Source: Alphaproteobacteria bacterium | GTDB lineage: Bacteria; Pseudomonadota; Alphaproteobacteria; RF32; CAG-239 | Length of the DNA stretch: 48,763 nucleotides | Direction: 5' to 3' | Assembly (NCBI GenBank): GCA_017480995.1 | Contig: JAFUQJ010000051.1 | Location: 1 to 48,763, forward strand | Shown: positions 32,782 to 41,819 of the stretch, piece by piece | Numbering within the stretch: position 1 is the stretch's first letter | How the letters are laid out: every line of letters starts with the position of its first letter | Made by a program: the position numbers and the translations under genes | The notes under the pieces: model-generated | Databases searched by the model: none | Seen by the model: only the letters and a program-made list of their open reading frames with translations | What the model was told of the DNA's origin: nothing

Positions 32782-33440
32782 TTACCCCCCCCGAATAAAA
32801 GTAATTGTTTGGTTTCCTCGGCCAGTCTGGCGCAGGATTTTTGCCAGTACACCTGATCTTTTTCGGTGCAGATAAATTGTCGGCCGAGTTTGTAGGCTGC
32901 GACGGCGGTGGTTCCGGAGCCGGAAAACGGGTCAAACACGATGTCGCCGGGTTTTGAAAAATCCTACAAAATGGCTTGAAACAACTGAAGAGGTTTTTGC
33001 GTTGGATGAATTCTTTTGCCTTTTTCTTCTTTTCCGGCAATAAAACCCATATTGACAAAAGTGTATTTTTTGACGGTGCAGGAAAAACTTGTCCAGGCCA
33101 GCTCGCAGTCCGAAAACGGGTTTTTAAGGTCATATTGCCCGATTTTGTCCCAAACCAGCCACGCATTTGTCGGCTTCAAATATTGCGTGAAATAATTTCC
33201 GCCGAATATGATTTGATTTTTTGAAACCCGCATAATTTCGTCAAAAACTTCTTTAGAGGGGATTTTGTCATTCCAACTGAAATCTTCCCATTTTTTCTTT
33301 TCAATCTGCATTCCGAATTTTGACTTAAACCTTGAACCTATGCCATACGGCGGGTCAGTCAGGACCAGGTCAACACTTTTGTCCGGCATCTGGCGCATGA
33401 CATCAAGACAGTCGGCGTTAATGATTTTGTTTAATTCCAC
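32772..33440 (-). pseudogene. DNA methyltransferase (DPPY/HPTQKP type) interrupted by one in-frame TAG
   Basis: LTDPPYG...[45 protein letters not shown] continues in the same frame. TAG at 32964-32966. Confidence 0.7.
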
Positions 33441-33443
33441 GTC

Positions 33444-34184
33444 CTACCTCGCAATCACGCGAAACGGGGTCTTTCCCTCCGGATCGCAAATTTTAATGAT
33501 GGCGTTGATAAACCTGACGACATCGTCGGTGTAGAGTTTGTTTCTGCTCTTGGTCGAATAGATCTGATATTTGAACTCGCCGTCTTTGGCGTGGTTCAAA
33601 ATAACAGCCGTATAACCACCGCAGGCATTGTTAAACTTGGTTTCATCTGCCGCATTCCACGGATCCGGTCGCGGCTCTTTCGCCACGCCATAACGTTTCG
33701 GCCCGTAGCGCAGTGGTTTGAGATTAACATGTCCGAAGTTGTCGACTTCTTCAGTTTCTTTATCCTCAACCGGCGAGGCAGCCAGCGCCGGCAGAGGGGT
33801 CTTATTTGGAGTTATACGGTAACGGCTGCCTAATTCTTCAGCATAACTGCGGGATTGCGGCTTTTCCTGACGCTCAAGAGGCGTAGCTCCGGCGGCTTTG
33901 GTAGATTGTTTGGTGCGGTTTTGGTTGAATTTGCGCCGGCGGCTTTGGTAGTCACTTTCAAAAACGCAGGATGCACCGATCATCAGCGGCGCGCGCGGCT
34001 CCTGGTCCTCAGGTTCAGGCATCGGCGCAGGCACCGGTTTCGGCGTTGGTTTCAATTTTGAGGCGCGGCGCTTGTTCGGCGTGGACAAAGCTTCTTCAGG
34101 CGTCATGCCGTTTTTAAGCCTTAAATAATAAGTCGGCAAAGATATGCCGATGGCGTCGCATCTCTGTTTAATCGTCTGAGCCAT
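33444..34184 (-). CDS. hypothetical protein with N-terminal HTH-like segment
   Basis: 246-aa ORF. IKQRCDAIGISLPTYYLRLKNGMTPEEAL. Confidence 0.55.
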   Translation of the reverse strand: MAQTIKQRCDAIGISLPTYYLRLKNGMTPEEALSTPNKRRASKLKPTPKPVPAPMPEPEDQEPRAPLMIGASCVFESDYQSRRRKFNQNRTKQSTKAAGATPLERQEKPQSRSYAEELGSRYRITPNKTPLPALAASPVEDKETEEVDNFGHVNLKPLRYGPKRYGVAKEPRPDPWNAADETKFNNACGGYTAVILNHAKDGEFKYQIYSTKSRNKLYTDDVVRFINAIIKICDPEGKTPFRVIAR

Positions 34185-34194
34185 ATATCCCTCC

Positions 34195-34416
34195 TTAGTT
34201 TAATGTTACCTTGGCCGGCATGACCGGTTTTTGTTCAAAAGCGATGGCTACAATATGAGCTTTGGCCAGGTTCCAGATTTCGCCGTCCTGCTTGACGGTG
34301 ATGCGGTCTGTTTCGCGGTTGTCATAAGCCGACATAATCCGATGCGCCTCTTTTTCGTCAACCTCCGTGGCCAGATACTGCGAGCCGGAAACGTATATGC
34401 GCATCATCATCACCAC
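34195..34416 (-). CDS. hypothetical small protein
   Basis: 73-aa ORF packed between neighbouring genes. Confidence 0.45.
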   Translation of the reverse strand: MVMMMRIYVSGSQYLATEVDEKEAHRIMSAYDNRETDRITVKQDGEIWNLAKAHIVAIAFEQKPVMPAKVTLN

Positions 34417-36905
34417 CCCCTGTTGAATTCCGCCCAGGTTTCTTCCTGACGCAGTTTGACACCGACATAGGCTTTTTCGCCGCGCGGCGTGGTGCCTTTG
34501 GTTATGTGACGCTCATAAAGCCGGCGGCCGAATTTGTTTTTGCTGTAGGGGCTGTGTCCGTTGTCCTGACACCACTTCTTGTAGTTTTCGTAAAGGCTGG
34601 CACAAGATATAGTATTGCCGGCCGATTTTATGGTGTTTTCTTCCAGGTAGCTGCCAAGCACGTCCATCTCGGAACGGTATTCCTGGGTTGCCTCACGGAC
34701 GGCATCCGGCGGGTTAAGCCCCTGTTTCTGCCAGTCGAGGCAGCCGCGCACTGCCCAGGCCAGAATTCCGGGGAGCTCGCTTTTTAAGCGGGTGATCAGC
34801 AGTTTGTCTTTAAACGGTCCGTTAACCGGCGCGTCAGGATCTGATTTGTCATAAAACTGGGCGGCAAACGGTATCAGGAGCAGACGGCGCCAAATGCCGT
34901 CGTCGGTGCCGCGGATTTCCGGCTTGTGGTTGGTTGCCAGCCACAATTTGAACTGAGGGCTGAACTGGAACGGGTTCTGATGCAGATTGCGGGCGGTGAT
35001 GGTGCTGTCGCCGGTGGCCTCTTTGATCAAACTTTCGTCCAGCGCCCGGTCGGCCTTGGTTTCGGACGCGGTCACAAATCGTGCCGAGCGCAGCATGGCC
35101 AAAAACGGGTTGGCGTCGGTGACCTTGCCGGTTTCCATAAAGGCGTCGGCCTTGGTCTTGACATGGTAGCCGCACATCAGCGCCTGGATGGTGTCGAGAA
35201 AGGTTGATTTGCCGTTTGAGCCTTTGCCGTGCAAAACAAACATACATTGCTCACGGGTGTCGCCGGTCAGGCTGTAGCCGATGGCGCGCTGGACAAAGCT
35301 GATCATTTCGTCGTCTTCGCACAGAATTTCGCGCAGGAACTTCTGCCAGGCCGGACATTTGGCACGCGGGTTAAATTCGACGCTTGATTGCTTGGTGCAG
35401 TAGAAATCCGGGCAATGCTTCATCAGTTTGCCGGTGGTCAGGTCTACGGTGCCGTTGGCGCAGTTGAAATAAAGCCGGTCGGCGTCCAGCCGGTCAATGT
35501 CAATGTATAAGTCCGGCTGCGCCAGCTTGAGCGCGTAGTTGATGCGGCCGCCTTCCTGGCTTTTCTTGCACCAGTTCTTGATGCCGGATTTCTGGTGTTC
35601 TTCAACATAGTCGGCCTCTTTGGCAATATCGAGCGCGGTGCGCTTGGCCATGTTGACGACGCGCAGATCGGCGTGCTTGTTATCCCAAAATCCGTGCGAA
35701 TAGATAATCCAACCCATTCCGGGCGCATATTTGACAATTTTGCCCCAACGGGCGACGATGCGCTGTGAATTGCCGACATCGGTGCGCGGGCGGTAGGCCA
35801 GTTGGGCAAATATGGAATCCTCCGGCTCCGGATAGTCCGGCGGTGTGCTCTGATAATATTCGGCGGGGGGTTCGATTTCCTCATGGCGCGCGTCAATGAC
35901 CGGCTGGGCGTTGTTGATCATTTTGACGACTTCGTCGGCGCCCATTTCCTGCAAAAGCTGGTTGCTGTCTTTGATTGAGCGCGGCGGGCGGGCGCACATC
36001 AAATTTTTAAAGCCGCGGTCCAAAAACGAGGCCAGGATCTTGTTCATGGTTTCGTCAGGCTTGGAGCCTTCCTCGTCGTTGTCGCGGACGACTATCAGCG
36101 TCCGGCCTTGCGGTTCTTCGATTTTGCCGATAAAATTCAGCCCCATGGCGCACCAGACTTCAAAATGCGTTGTCTGGGCAAGCGTCAGCGCGTCTTCCGG
36201 TCCCTCAGTCAGCAAAACGGGACCGTTCGGATCGCCTTTAATTTTTAACGGGTTGCCCGACGGGAAGCCGTTGGTTCTTTTTTTGACTGCAAAGTTAGCT
36301 TTTTTGCCGTTGGCATCAAGATAGACACTTTGAACGGCCTTGACGATACCGGCACTATCTCTGGCGATGCAAACCAGGCTGCCGCCGCTGTTACTTTTAT
36401 TCGGCCGCCATTTGAATTGTGAAGCAGGAGCACCGGTAATGCCGCGGCTTTTGAGATATGCCTGCGCCGGGGTACCTCGCAAATCGACAAGTTCTGCCAA
36501 TATCTGGTCGAGTTTAGCCTGTTTTTCCTGGTCATAGTCGTCTTGTTCTTTTTGTTGTGTTTCTGTGCTTACCGGCGGCCGGTTGTACTTTTCGGTACGC
36601 TCGTTTGCCTCACCACCCTCAAGCCCGAATATTCCGGCCAGCTTGCGTGCGGCCTCAACCCGGTCGAGGCGGAAAACTTTAGCGCAGATGCCGATTGGGT
36701 CGCCGACGGCTTCGTCTGCCGAAAAATCCGAGCCTTTACCGGTTTTTAGGTTGATGAGCAGGCTTTTCCCGGGATTGCCGTTCCAATCGCCGCACTGCCA
36801 TTCATTGCCGTTGCGGCGGCCGTTTGGCAACCAGTCGCGGACAAGACCTTCAAGGTTAGCGAGAGCTACCGCGTTTACTTCGTCAAAATTAACCATTCCA
36901 GCCAT
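34410..36905 (-). CDS. primase/helicase (P4 alpha / D5-like)
   Basis: N-terminal zinc/TOPRIM-like region. Walker A GKGSNGKST. Conserved phage/plasmid primase C-terminal region. Confidence 0.8.
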   Translation of the reverse strand: MAGMVNFDEVNAVALANLEGLVRDWLPNGRRNGNEWQCGDWNGNPGKSLLINLKTGKGSDFSADEAVGDPIGICAKVFRLDRVEAARKLAGIFGLEGGEANERTEKYNRPPVSTETQQKEQDDYDQEKQAKLDQILAELVDLRGTPAQAYLKSRGITGAPASQFKWRPNKSNSGGSLVCIARDSAGIVKAVQSVYLDANGKKANFAVKKRTNGFPSGNPLKIKGDPNGPVLLTEGPEDALTLAQTTHFEVWCAMGLNFIGKIEEPQGRTLIVVRDNDEEGSKPDETMNKILASFLDRGFKNLMCARPPRSIKDSNQLLQEMGADEVVKMINNAQPVIDARHEEIEPPAEYYQSTPPDYPEPEDSIFAQLAYRPRTDVGNSQRIVARWGKIVKYAPGMGWIIYSHGFWDNKHADLRVVNMAKRTALDIAKEADYVEEHQKSGIKNWCKKSQEGGRINYALKLAQPDLYIDIDRLDADRLYFNCANGTVDLTTGKLMKHCPDFYCTKQSSVEFNPRAKCPAWQKFLREILCEDDEMISFVQRAIGYSLTGDTREQCMFVLHGKGSNGKSTFLDTIQALMCGYHVKTKADAFMETGKVTDANPFLAMLRSARFVTASETKADRALDESLIKEATGDSTITARNLHQNPFQFSPQFKLWLATNHKPEIRGTDDGIWRRLLLIPFAAQFYDKSDPDAPVNGPFKDKLLITRLKSELPGILAWAVRGCLDWQKQGLNPPDAVREATQEYRSEMDVLGSYLEENTIKSAGNTISCASLYENYKKWCQDNGHSPYSKNKFGRRLYERHITKGTTPRGEKAYVGVKLRQEETWAEFNRGW

Positions 36906-37317
36906 AGCGCAACCTCATTTCGTCAATAATCTGGCTTTCAACCAACTCCGGATCGCGGGCGACAATATAAATTCCGCCCATGTCCTTGATCATCTTGGCA
37001 AAGCGTTTCTGCTGCTCGGTTTGCTTGTAGCGTCCGAATTTTGTTTCTATGTAGATAACCGTGCCTTTGGGTGCGATTATGCCGGCAATATCGCCGGAGC
37101 CGATTAAACCGAAGTTGACGGGATGAGCGCCGCGGAGCAGAATATCGCCAGGCTCAATCGTGATGTGTCTGCCCATCTCGTCAACAACCCTCGTGCCGCG
37201 CTTTAAGCCGAAGCGTTTTCCCTGCCAGGCCTGGCCGGTATTGTTGCGCCAGATTTTAATCCAGTCTTTGGCGCCGAGCTTAATCATGACTTTTTTGAGG
37301 GTTTCGGTTTCTGACAT
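36889..37317 (-). CDS. VRR-NUC domain nuclease
   Basis: GSGDIAGII...IYIETKFGRYKQTEQQKRF fits the D..E.K VRR-NUC pattern. Confidence 0.65.
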   Translation of the reverse strand: MSETETLKKVMIKLGAKDWIKIWRNNTGQAWQGKRFGLKRGTRVVDEMGRHITIEPGDILLRGAHPVNFGLIGSGDIAGIIAPKGTVIYIETKFGRYKQTEQQKRFAKMIKDMGGIYIVARDPELVESQIIDEMRLRYGWNG

Positions 37318-37320
37318 GGC

Positions 37321-37662
37321 TTACCCCCTTAACAACTGATCCAGGAGTTCGAGGGCTCCGGCCGGCAGATTGTCATCGACAATCACGCGGGCAAGCACTT
37401 TGCGGTCGACCGCCGCGCAAAATGATTTGACCTTCATGTCGGTGCAGCTGGCGCTTGAGACGTCGGCAACGTGGATACTGCCGTCGGTTTTTTCAATACA
37501 TCTGGCCACCATGGAGTTGCCTCCTGTTTTCAGCACATAGATGCCGGCGCCGCTGTAGAAGTCAGCCGGGCGGGTTATAACGTAATCGTCTTTTTTCAGG
37601 CCTTCCGAGGCAATGTCGCCGGGGAGTTTTTCAACTAAAATTTCAGGTTTTATTTTTTCCAT
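37321..37662 (-). CDS. hypothetical protein (S24-C-terminal-like beta region)
   Basis: 113-aa ORF. GIYVLKTGGNSMVARCIEKTDGSIHV. Confidence 0.45.
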   Translation of the reverse strand: MEKIKPEILVEKLPGDIASEGLKKDDYVITRPADFYSGAGIYVLKTGGNSMVARCIEKTDGSIHVADVSSASCTDMKVKSFCAAVDRKVLARVIVDDNLPAGALELLDQLLRG

Positions 37663-37675
37663 TTTTATTTTCCTT

Positions 37676-37924
37676 TCAAATATCTAACGCTTTGCGGTAG
37701 GTTTCGGTCAGGAATTCCTGCTCATCCCTGTCCGCAGCGTTCATTTTGCGCAACTTCAAGACGATACGCATTATTTTTACGTCAAATCCGGCGGATTTGG
37801 CCTCGGCAAAAATATCGCGAATATCAGATTGAATTCCTTTTTTTTCTTCTTCGAGCCGCTCGATGCGCTCAATAAGGCTCCGCAGCCTGTCTGTGGCAAT
37901 TCCGCCAACTTCCGTGTCACTCAT
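37676..37924 (-). CDS. GapR/DUF2312-like DNA-binding protein
   Basis: LRSLIERIERLEEEKKGIQSDIRDIFAEAKSAGFDVKIMR closely matches the UPF0335/GapR signature. Confidence 0.75.
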   Translation of the reverse strand: MSDTEVGGIATDRLRSLIERIERLEEEKKGIQSDIRDIFAEAKSAGFDVKIMRIVLKLRKMNAADRDEQEFLTETYRKALDI

Positions 37925-38298
37925 TTCAGTCTACCTCCGTTTGCGAGTGTTTTTAATAACAGGTCGAAAGCGACCCCGGCTCTTACTTTTTTTTTGCCCG
38001 ATAAAACCTGGGCTTTATACCTCGAGTAGCCGATCACGAGACTTTTGTCGTCTATCTGGATGGCCTGCGCCAGGTCGCGCAACGACAGGCGCCATTCATC
38101 CGTTTCGTCTGCCTCGAACATCCGGCGGGCGTTGCGCTTGTCGTCGTCCCGATGTTTTTCGGCATAAAAATCTTTTACGCGGCCGGCAAAAGCGTCGCAC
38201 CATGCCTGCCTGATGACCGCCGCTATCAGATTGTCCTCCGGCTCCGCGAGCAGGAAGCGCTCAGGAAGATGTGTCCGATGTCGGCGATGCCTTGTCAT
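37921..38298 (-). CDS. hypothetical protein
   Basis: 125-aa ORF, translationally coupled to both neighbours. Confidence 0.5.
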   Translation of the reverse strand: MTRHRRHRTHLPERFLLAEPEDNLIAAVIRQAWCDAFAGRVKDFYAEKHRDDDKRNARRMFEADETDEWRLSLRDLAQAIQIDDKSLVIGYSRYKAQVLSGKKKVRAGVAFDLLLKTLANGGRLK

Positions 38299-39743
38299 GC
38301 GATATTCCTCTTTGCCTCCTTTGCTTTCCGGCCGTTGTAAACATATCGCGCCCAGGCCTCGGCTCGCGGTCCGTAGCCTCGTTTGCGTCCGAGCTCGACC
38401 AGATCCTCAAGTGTTGAGGCGCGTCCTTGTTCTGCCCTCTCGGCACGGCGGGTAAATTCGACCAGTTCGCCCTCGACCTCCTCAATCTCGGTTTTGGTCT
38501 TGCTGGCAGGCGTGCCGCAAATCGGGCAAACATTCACCGTGCTGGGATATACCGCGTAGCAGTTCAGGCATTGGCGGCAGGCCAGACTTCCCGATGATCC
38601 GGAACGGTTGCGGCGGATACGACCGTCAAGCGTCCATTCGTGGTCATCGTCTGGCAGGCCGTGAGTGTTGCAGTTGCCGACATGGTCAAGGATGATGGTT
38701 TCAGATTTTCCGGGATAAGGGCGCAACGCACGGCCGACCTGCTGCAGATAAAGTCCGAGCGACTTGGTTTTGCGCAAAAGGATGGCGGCACCGACGACAG
38801 GAATGTCTGTCCCTTCGGACACGATTTCACAGCTGGTCAGAACGTCGAGCCTGCAGTTTCCTAAATCATTGATGACGCGATTGCGTACATAGTCATCCAT
38901 CTTGCCGTCAATACTGGCGGCGCGATATCCGGCGGCGTTGAAGTTGTCGGCCACATACTGGGCATATTCGACCGTCGGGCAGAAAGCAATCGCCGGGACG
39001 CCGTCGCAATATCTCCGATAGTGTGTGATAACGTTGCCGATGATACGTGGTTTTTTTAATTTTTCTTGCTGTTGGCGCTTGTCAAAGTCGCCGGCTCTGG
39101 TTTTGAGGTCGCTAAAGTCCGCCTCAATCGGCGGGCAATATACCCGCGGCCTGGTTAAAAATCCGCGTTCAATCAGACTTTTGACCGACGGTCCCATGAT
39201 CAGCTTGTCAAAGATGCCGCCGCAGTGAACGCCGAGACCTTGACCATCCAGCCGCTCAGGCGTTGCGGATACGCCCAAGATGAACGCCCCGGGATAACTT
39301 TTGACGATTCTAAGCCAGGTGCCGGCGACACCGTGGTGTGCCTCGTCAATGAGGATAAAAGCAAACCTCGGCAAATCTGCCATGCGGTTGACTAAAGTTT
39401 GAACTGTTGCGATATAGATAAAGCTTTCGTCGCGGAACCAACTTTTTTGGAATTCCTCAATTTGCACTCTGATGGCGTTTTGAACAACTTTGTGAGGGGC
39501 GACGATTGAGTGGAGAATGCCGAACCGTGCTAACGCCTTGGCCGTTTGAACGACAAGCTCTTGTTTGTGGACCAGGAACACCGTCGGCGTTTTCCTGGCG
39601 TGTAGGTTGGCGCATATTTCTGATAAGATGACCGTCTTGCCGGCTCCAGTTGGTGCTGTCAGGATCGGAGCCTTGAATCCGCGTCGATATGCCTCGCGCA
39701 GGTCATTTACTGCTTTTTGCTGGTAGTCGCGTAACTCAATCAT
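38295..39743 (-). CDS. superfamily-2 DEAD/DEAH helicase with C-terminal zinc ribbon
   Basis: Walker A TGAGKT, motif II IDEAHH, C-terminal CRQCLNC...CPICG. Confidence 0.8.
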   Translation of the reverse strand: MIELRDYQQKAVNDLREAYRRGFKAPILTAPTGAGKTVILSEICANLHARKTPTVFLVHKQELVVQTAKALARFGILHSIVAPHKVVQNAIRVQIEEFQKSWFRDESFIYIATVQTLVNRMADLPRFAFILIDEAHHGVAGTWLRIVKSYPGAFILGVSATPERLDGQGLGVHCGGIFDKLIMGPSVKSLIERGFLTRPRVYCPPIEADFSDLKTRAGDFDKRQQQEKLKKPRIIGNVITHYRRYCDGVPAIAFCPTVEYAQYVADNFNAAGYRAASIDGKMDDYVRNRVINDLGNCRLDVLTSCEIVSEGTDIPVVGAAILLRKTKSLGLYLQQVGRALRPYPGKSETIILDHVGNCNTHGLPDDDHEWTLDGRIRRNRSGSSGSLACRQCLNCYAVYPSTVNVCPICGTPASKTKTEIEEVEGELVEFTRRAERAEQGRASTLEDLVELGRKRGYGPRAEAWARYVYNGRKAKEAKRNIA

Positions 39744-39855
39744 AATAACCCCTGTCTTTTTTAACCCTGTCTTTTATGTTATGCGGGAGGGCGGCACAGG
39801 GTTATTGTGTTTTAGCTGCGTTGATCTGACGCATTCCGCCCTCGTGTTTTTAACC

Positions 39856-39884
39856 ATAATAGTATTTTTTGACTTTTGCAACAA
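39856..39884 (-). promoter_or_regulatory. candidate early-left promoter
   Basis: Minus strand TTGTTG, 17-nt spacer, TATTAT. Shares the 17-nt atagtattttttgactt block with the late promoter region. Confidence 0.4.
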
Positions 39885-39890
39885 CTTTTT

Positions 39891-39920
39891 TATACTTTAT
39901 TATACTTTTTTATACTTTTG
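39891..39920. repeat. three tandem 10-bp TATACTT boxes (operator-like)
   Basis: tatactttat/tatacttttt/tatacttttg at an exact 10-bp period, between the divergent transcription units. Confidence 0.65.
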
Positions 39921-40044
39921 TTGACTTTCTGCGTATTACAGGGGTGTTAAAAAGTCAAAAAAAATCATTTTTATTGACGTTTTTGCCGTTTTTTATTGCA
40001 AAATTGACTTTTTTAATATATGATGTTGTTAGCGTTAAAGGAGT

Positions 40045-40602
40045 ATGAAAATGGGAAAATCCGTCAAAAAGCCGGTCAGCGCGCTTGGCAAAAAAATCTA
40101 TGCCATGATCCGCGCGGCTAACTTTAATTATATCAAAGATTTTGAAAAGGCGTCCGGTGTCAGGCCGGATTCCGTCCGCCGGTTGTGCGGCGGTTATACG
40201 CAAAGCCTGCCGTATGCCGATCTGGAAAAGGTTGCCAAGTGTTTGCATACAACGGTTCAGGAACTCTATGCTGCGGGCGACGGCGAATCCATCTACACCG
40301 GCAATCTGGTTCCCGGCGCTGCCGAGCCTTGCTGGTATGAGGTGCGCTCGGACGAGATGGCTCCGACTTTCAAATCGGGCGACAAGGTTTTGGTTGATGC
40401 CGGCGTAAAACAGGTTAAAGAAGCCGGCGTCTATCTTATCGGCACAACCGATTCCTATGCTTTTCGCCGTATGGCGCCGGATATTCTGACCGGTTTGGCC
40501 AAGGTTTATGTGGATAACCGGTCGTATGCTTATGCGGAGGAAGTCCCGGTGGATAACTTAAAAATCATCGGCCGGGTTATCGGCATTTTCCAGCGCATCT
40601 GA
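40045..40602 (+). CDS. CI/LexA-like repressor (HTH plus S24-like domain)
   Basis: N-terminal HTH-like region. C-terminal SDEMAPTFKSGDKVLVD...AFRRM is S24-like. ATG 40051 has better SD spacing than 40045. Confidence 0.65.
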   Translation: MKMGKSVKKPVSALGKKIYAMIRAANFNYIKDFEKASGVRPDSVRRLCGGYTQSLPYADLEKVAKCLHTTVQELYAAGDGESIYTGNLVPGAAEPCWYEVRSDEMAPTFKSGDKVLVDAGVKQVKEAGVYLIGTTDSYAFRRMAPDILTGLAKVYVDNRSYAYAEEVPVDNLKIIGRVIGIFQRI

Positions 40603-40638
40603 TATTTTGTTTCAAACAGCTTAAAAGCAAGCAATTTC

Positions 40639-40678
40639 GCCGTTTTTAGACTTTTTTTCTAAAAACGGCATTTTTTTC
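40639..40678 (+). terminator. rho-independent terminator after the repressor gene
   Basis: 10-bp stem gccgttttta/taaaaacggc, then a T7 run. Nested in an outer stem aaaagcaag/cttgctttt. Confidence 0.7.
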
Positions 40679-40763
40679 TTGCTTTTCTTTTTTTCTTCCT
40701 ATAAAGTCATTTTTGACTATAAAAGTCATTTTTATACTTTTTTTTAACGCAGGGTTATTGGAA

Positions 40764-41585
40764 ATGGCAACAATTATAAGATGTTCATCGCTTTCACATT
40801 ATACGGATTGCCCGCGCCGCTCGGCGGCAAAAATGTTTTTCAACGAACTTTCCGAAGAATACGGTTTTGACCTGACGCCGACCAAAACATCGGCCGGCGC
40901 CGCCGTCGGCACCGCCATGCATAAATCGCTTGAGGCGGCGATCGTTTTGCGTGCCAAAGGTCAGCCCTATGCCGAGGAAATCAAAAAAGTTGCCGAGGCC
41001 TCGATTATCGAAAGCGCCCGCGAGGGTATCATCTGGGATGACACGACCTTTGACAGATCGGCCGGCGTTCTGCAGGCCGTCCGTCAGGCGCACGCCATCC
41101 TGGACGTTTTCCCCGAGCTGGACGAGATTGCAATCGAGGGCGAGTTCACTGCCGACCTCGGCGATGATTTTGTTCTTTCCGGGCATATCGACATCCGCGG
41201 CCGCGAGGGACAAAAACACACCATCCAGGACTTTAAGTCCGGGACGGTCAAGCGGGTGAACATTCCGCAATACGGCGGATATTCGCTCCTGGTCCGCACC
41301 GCCGGGCAAAAGGTTGACCTGTTGCGCGAGATATACGTCAAGCGTGTCGGCAAGACCAAAGCCCAGCCGGCGCCTGTTGTCCAGGATTATGATCCGGCGA
41401 TGGCCGAAAACTTCGCCTACGCCATTATTAAAAAAATCAAATCAGATCTGCAGGCTTTCCGCAAATCCGGGAGCCCGTGGGTTTGGCTGCCGAACCCGAA
41501 CTCAATGATGTGCTCGCCGCATTATTGCCCGGCATACGGTACAAAGTTTTGTAAATGTAAAACAAAGGAGACCAAAAATGTCTGA
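40764..41585 (+). CDS. PD-(D/E)XK nuclease, Cas4/RecB-like with Cys cluster
   Basis: Start ATG 40764. HIDIRG...IQDFKSG core. N- and C-terminal cysteines (CSPHYCPAYGTKFCKC). Confidence 0.6.
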   Translation: MATIIRCSSLSHYTDCPRRSAAKMFFNELSEEYGFDLTPTKTSAGAAVGTAMHKSLEAAIVLRAKGQPYAEEIKKVAEASIIESAREGIIWDDTTFDRSAGVLQAVRQAHAILDVFPELDEIAIEGEFTADLGDDFVLSGHIDIRGREGQKHTIQDFKSGTVKRVNIPQYGGYSLLVRTAGQKVDLLREIYVKRVGKTKAQPAPVVQDYDPAMAENFAYAIIKKIKSDLQAFRKSGSPWVWLPNPNSMMCSPHYCPAYGTKFCKCKTKETKNV

Positions 41586-41727
41586 AAACAGAATCGAAGA
41601 AAAATTAAGCGCAGAAATAAAATGCAATCCATTGCTCGGAATTCATAAAGCCATGATGTTCAGCGCCATGAATGCTGAGTGTGAGATTATGAAACTTATT
41701 GAAAATGAAGAGCGTCGGGGGGGGTAG
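41578..41727 (+). CDS. small ORF ending at a G8 tract (first half of a split ORF)
   Basis: ATG 41578 overlaps the upstream stop. 49 codons, then TAG immediately after G8 (41717-41724). Confidence 0.4.
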   Translation: MSENRIEEKLSAEIKCNPLLGIHKAMMFSAMNAECEIMKLIENEERRGG

Positions 41728-41819
41728 CTGTACCAATCGAGGCATTGCGTAAGGCAATAACTGAATCTTTTATGAACGAGCTTAACGATACTTTTTGTGG
41801 AGAAAAAAATGTCAAATAA
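41724..41819 (+). other. -1-frame continuation after the G8 tract
   Basis: Open protein-like frame VAVPIEALRKAITESFMNELNDTFCGEKNVK with no start codon of its own. Confidence 0.35.

Noticed and set aside
32964-32966. Genome-wide TAG reassignment (recoded phage) as the explanation for the in-frame TAG
   Set aside because: TAG ends several clearly complete genes in the host flank and the phage (csp, nitroreductase, tail fibre, and the methylase itself). None of the three phage tRNAs has a CTA anticodon.
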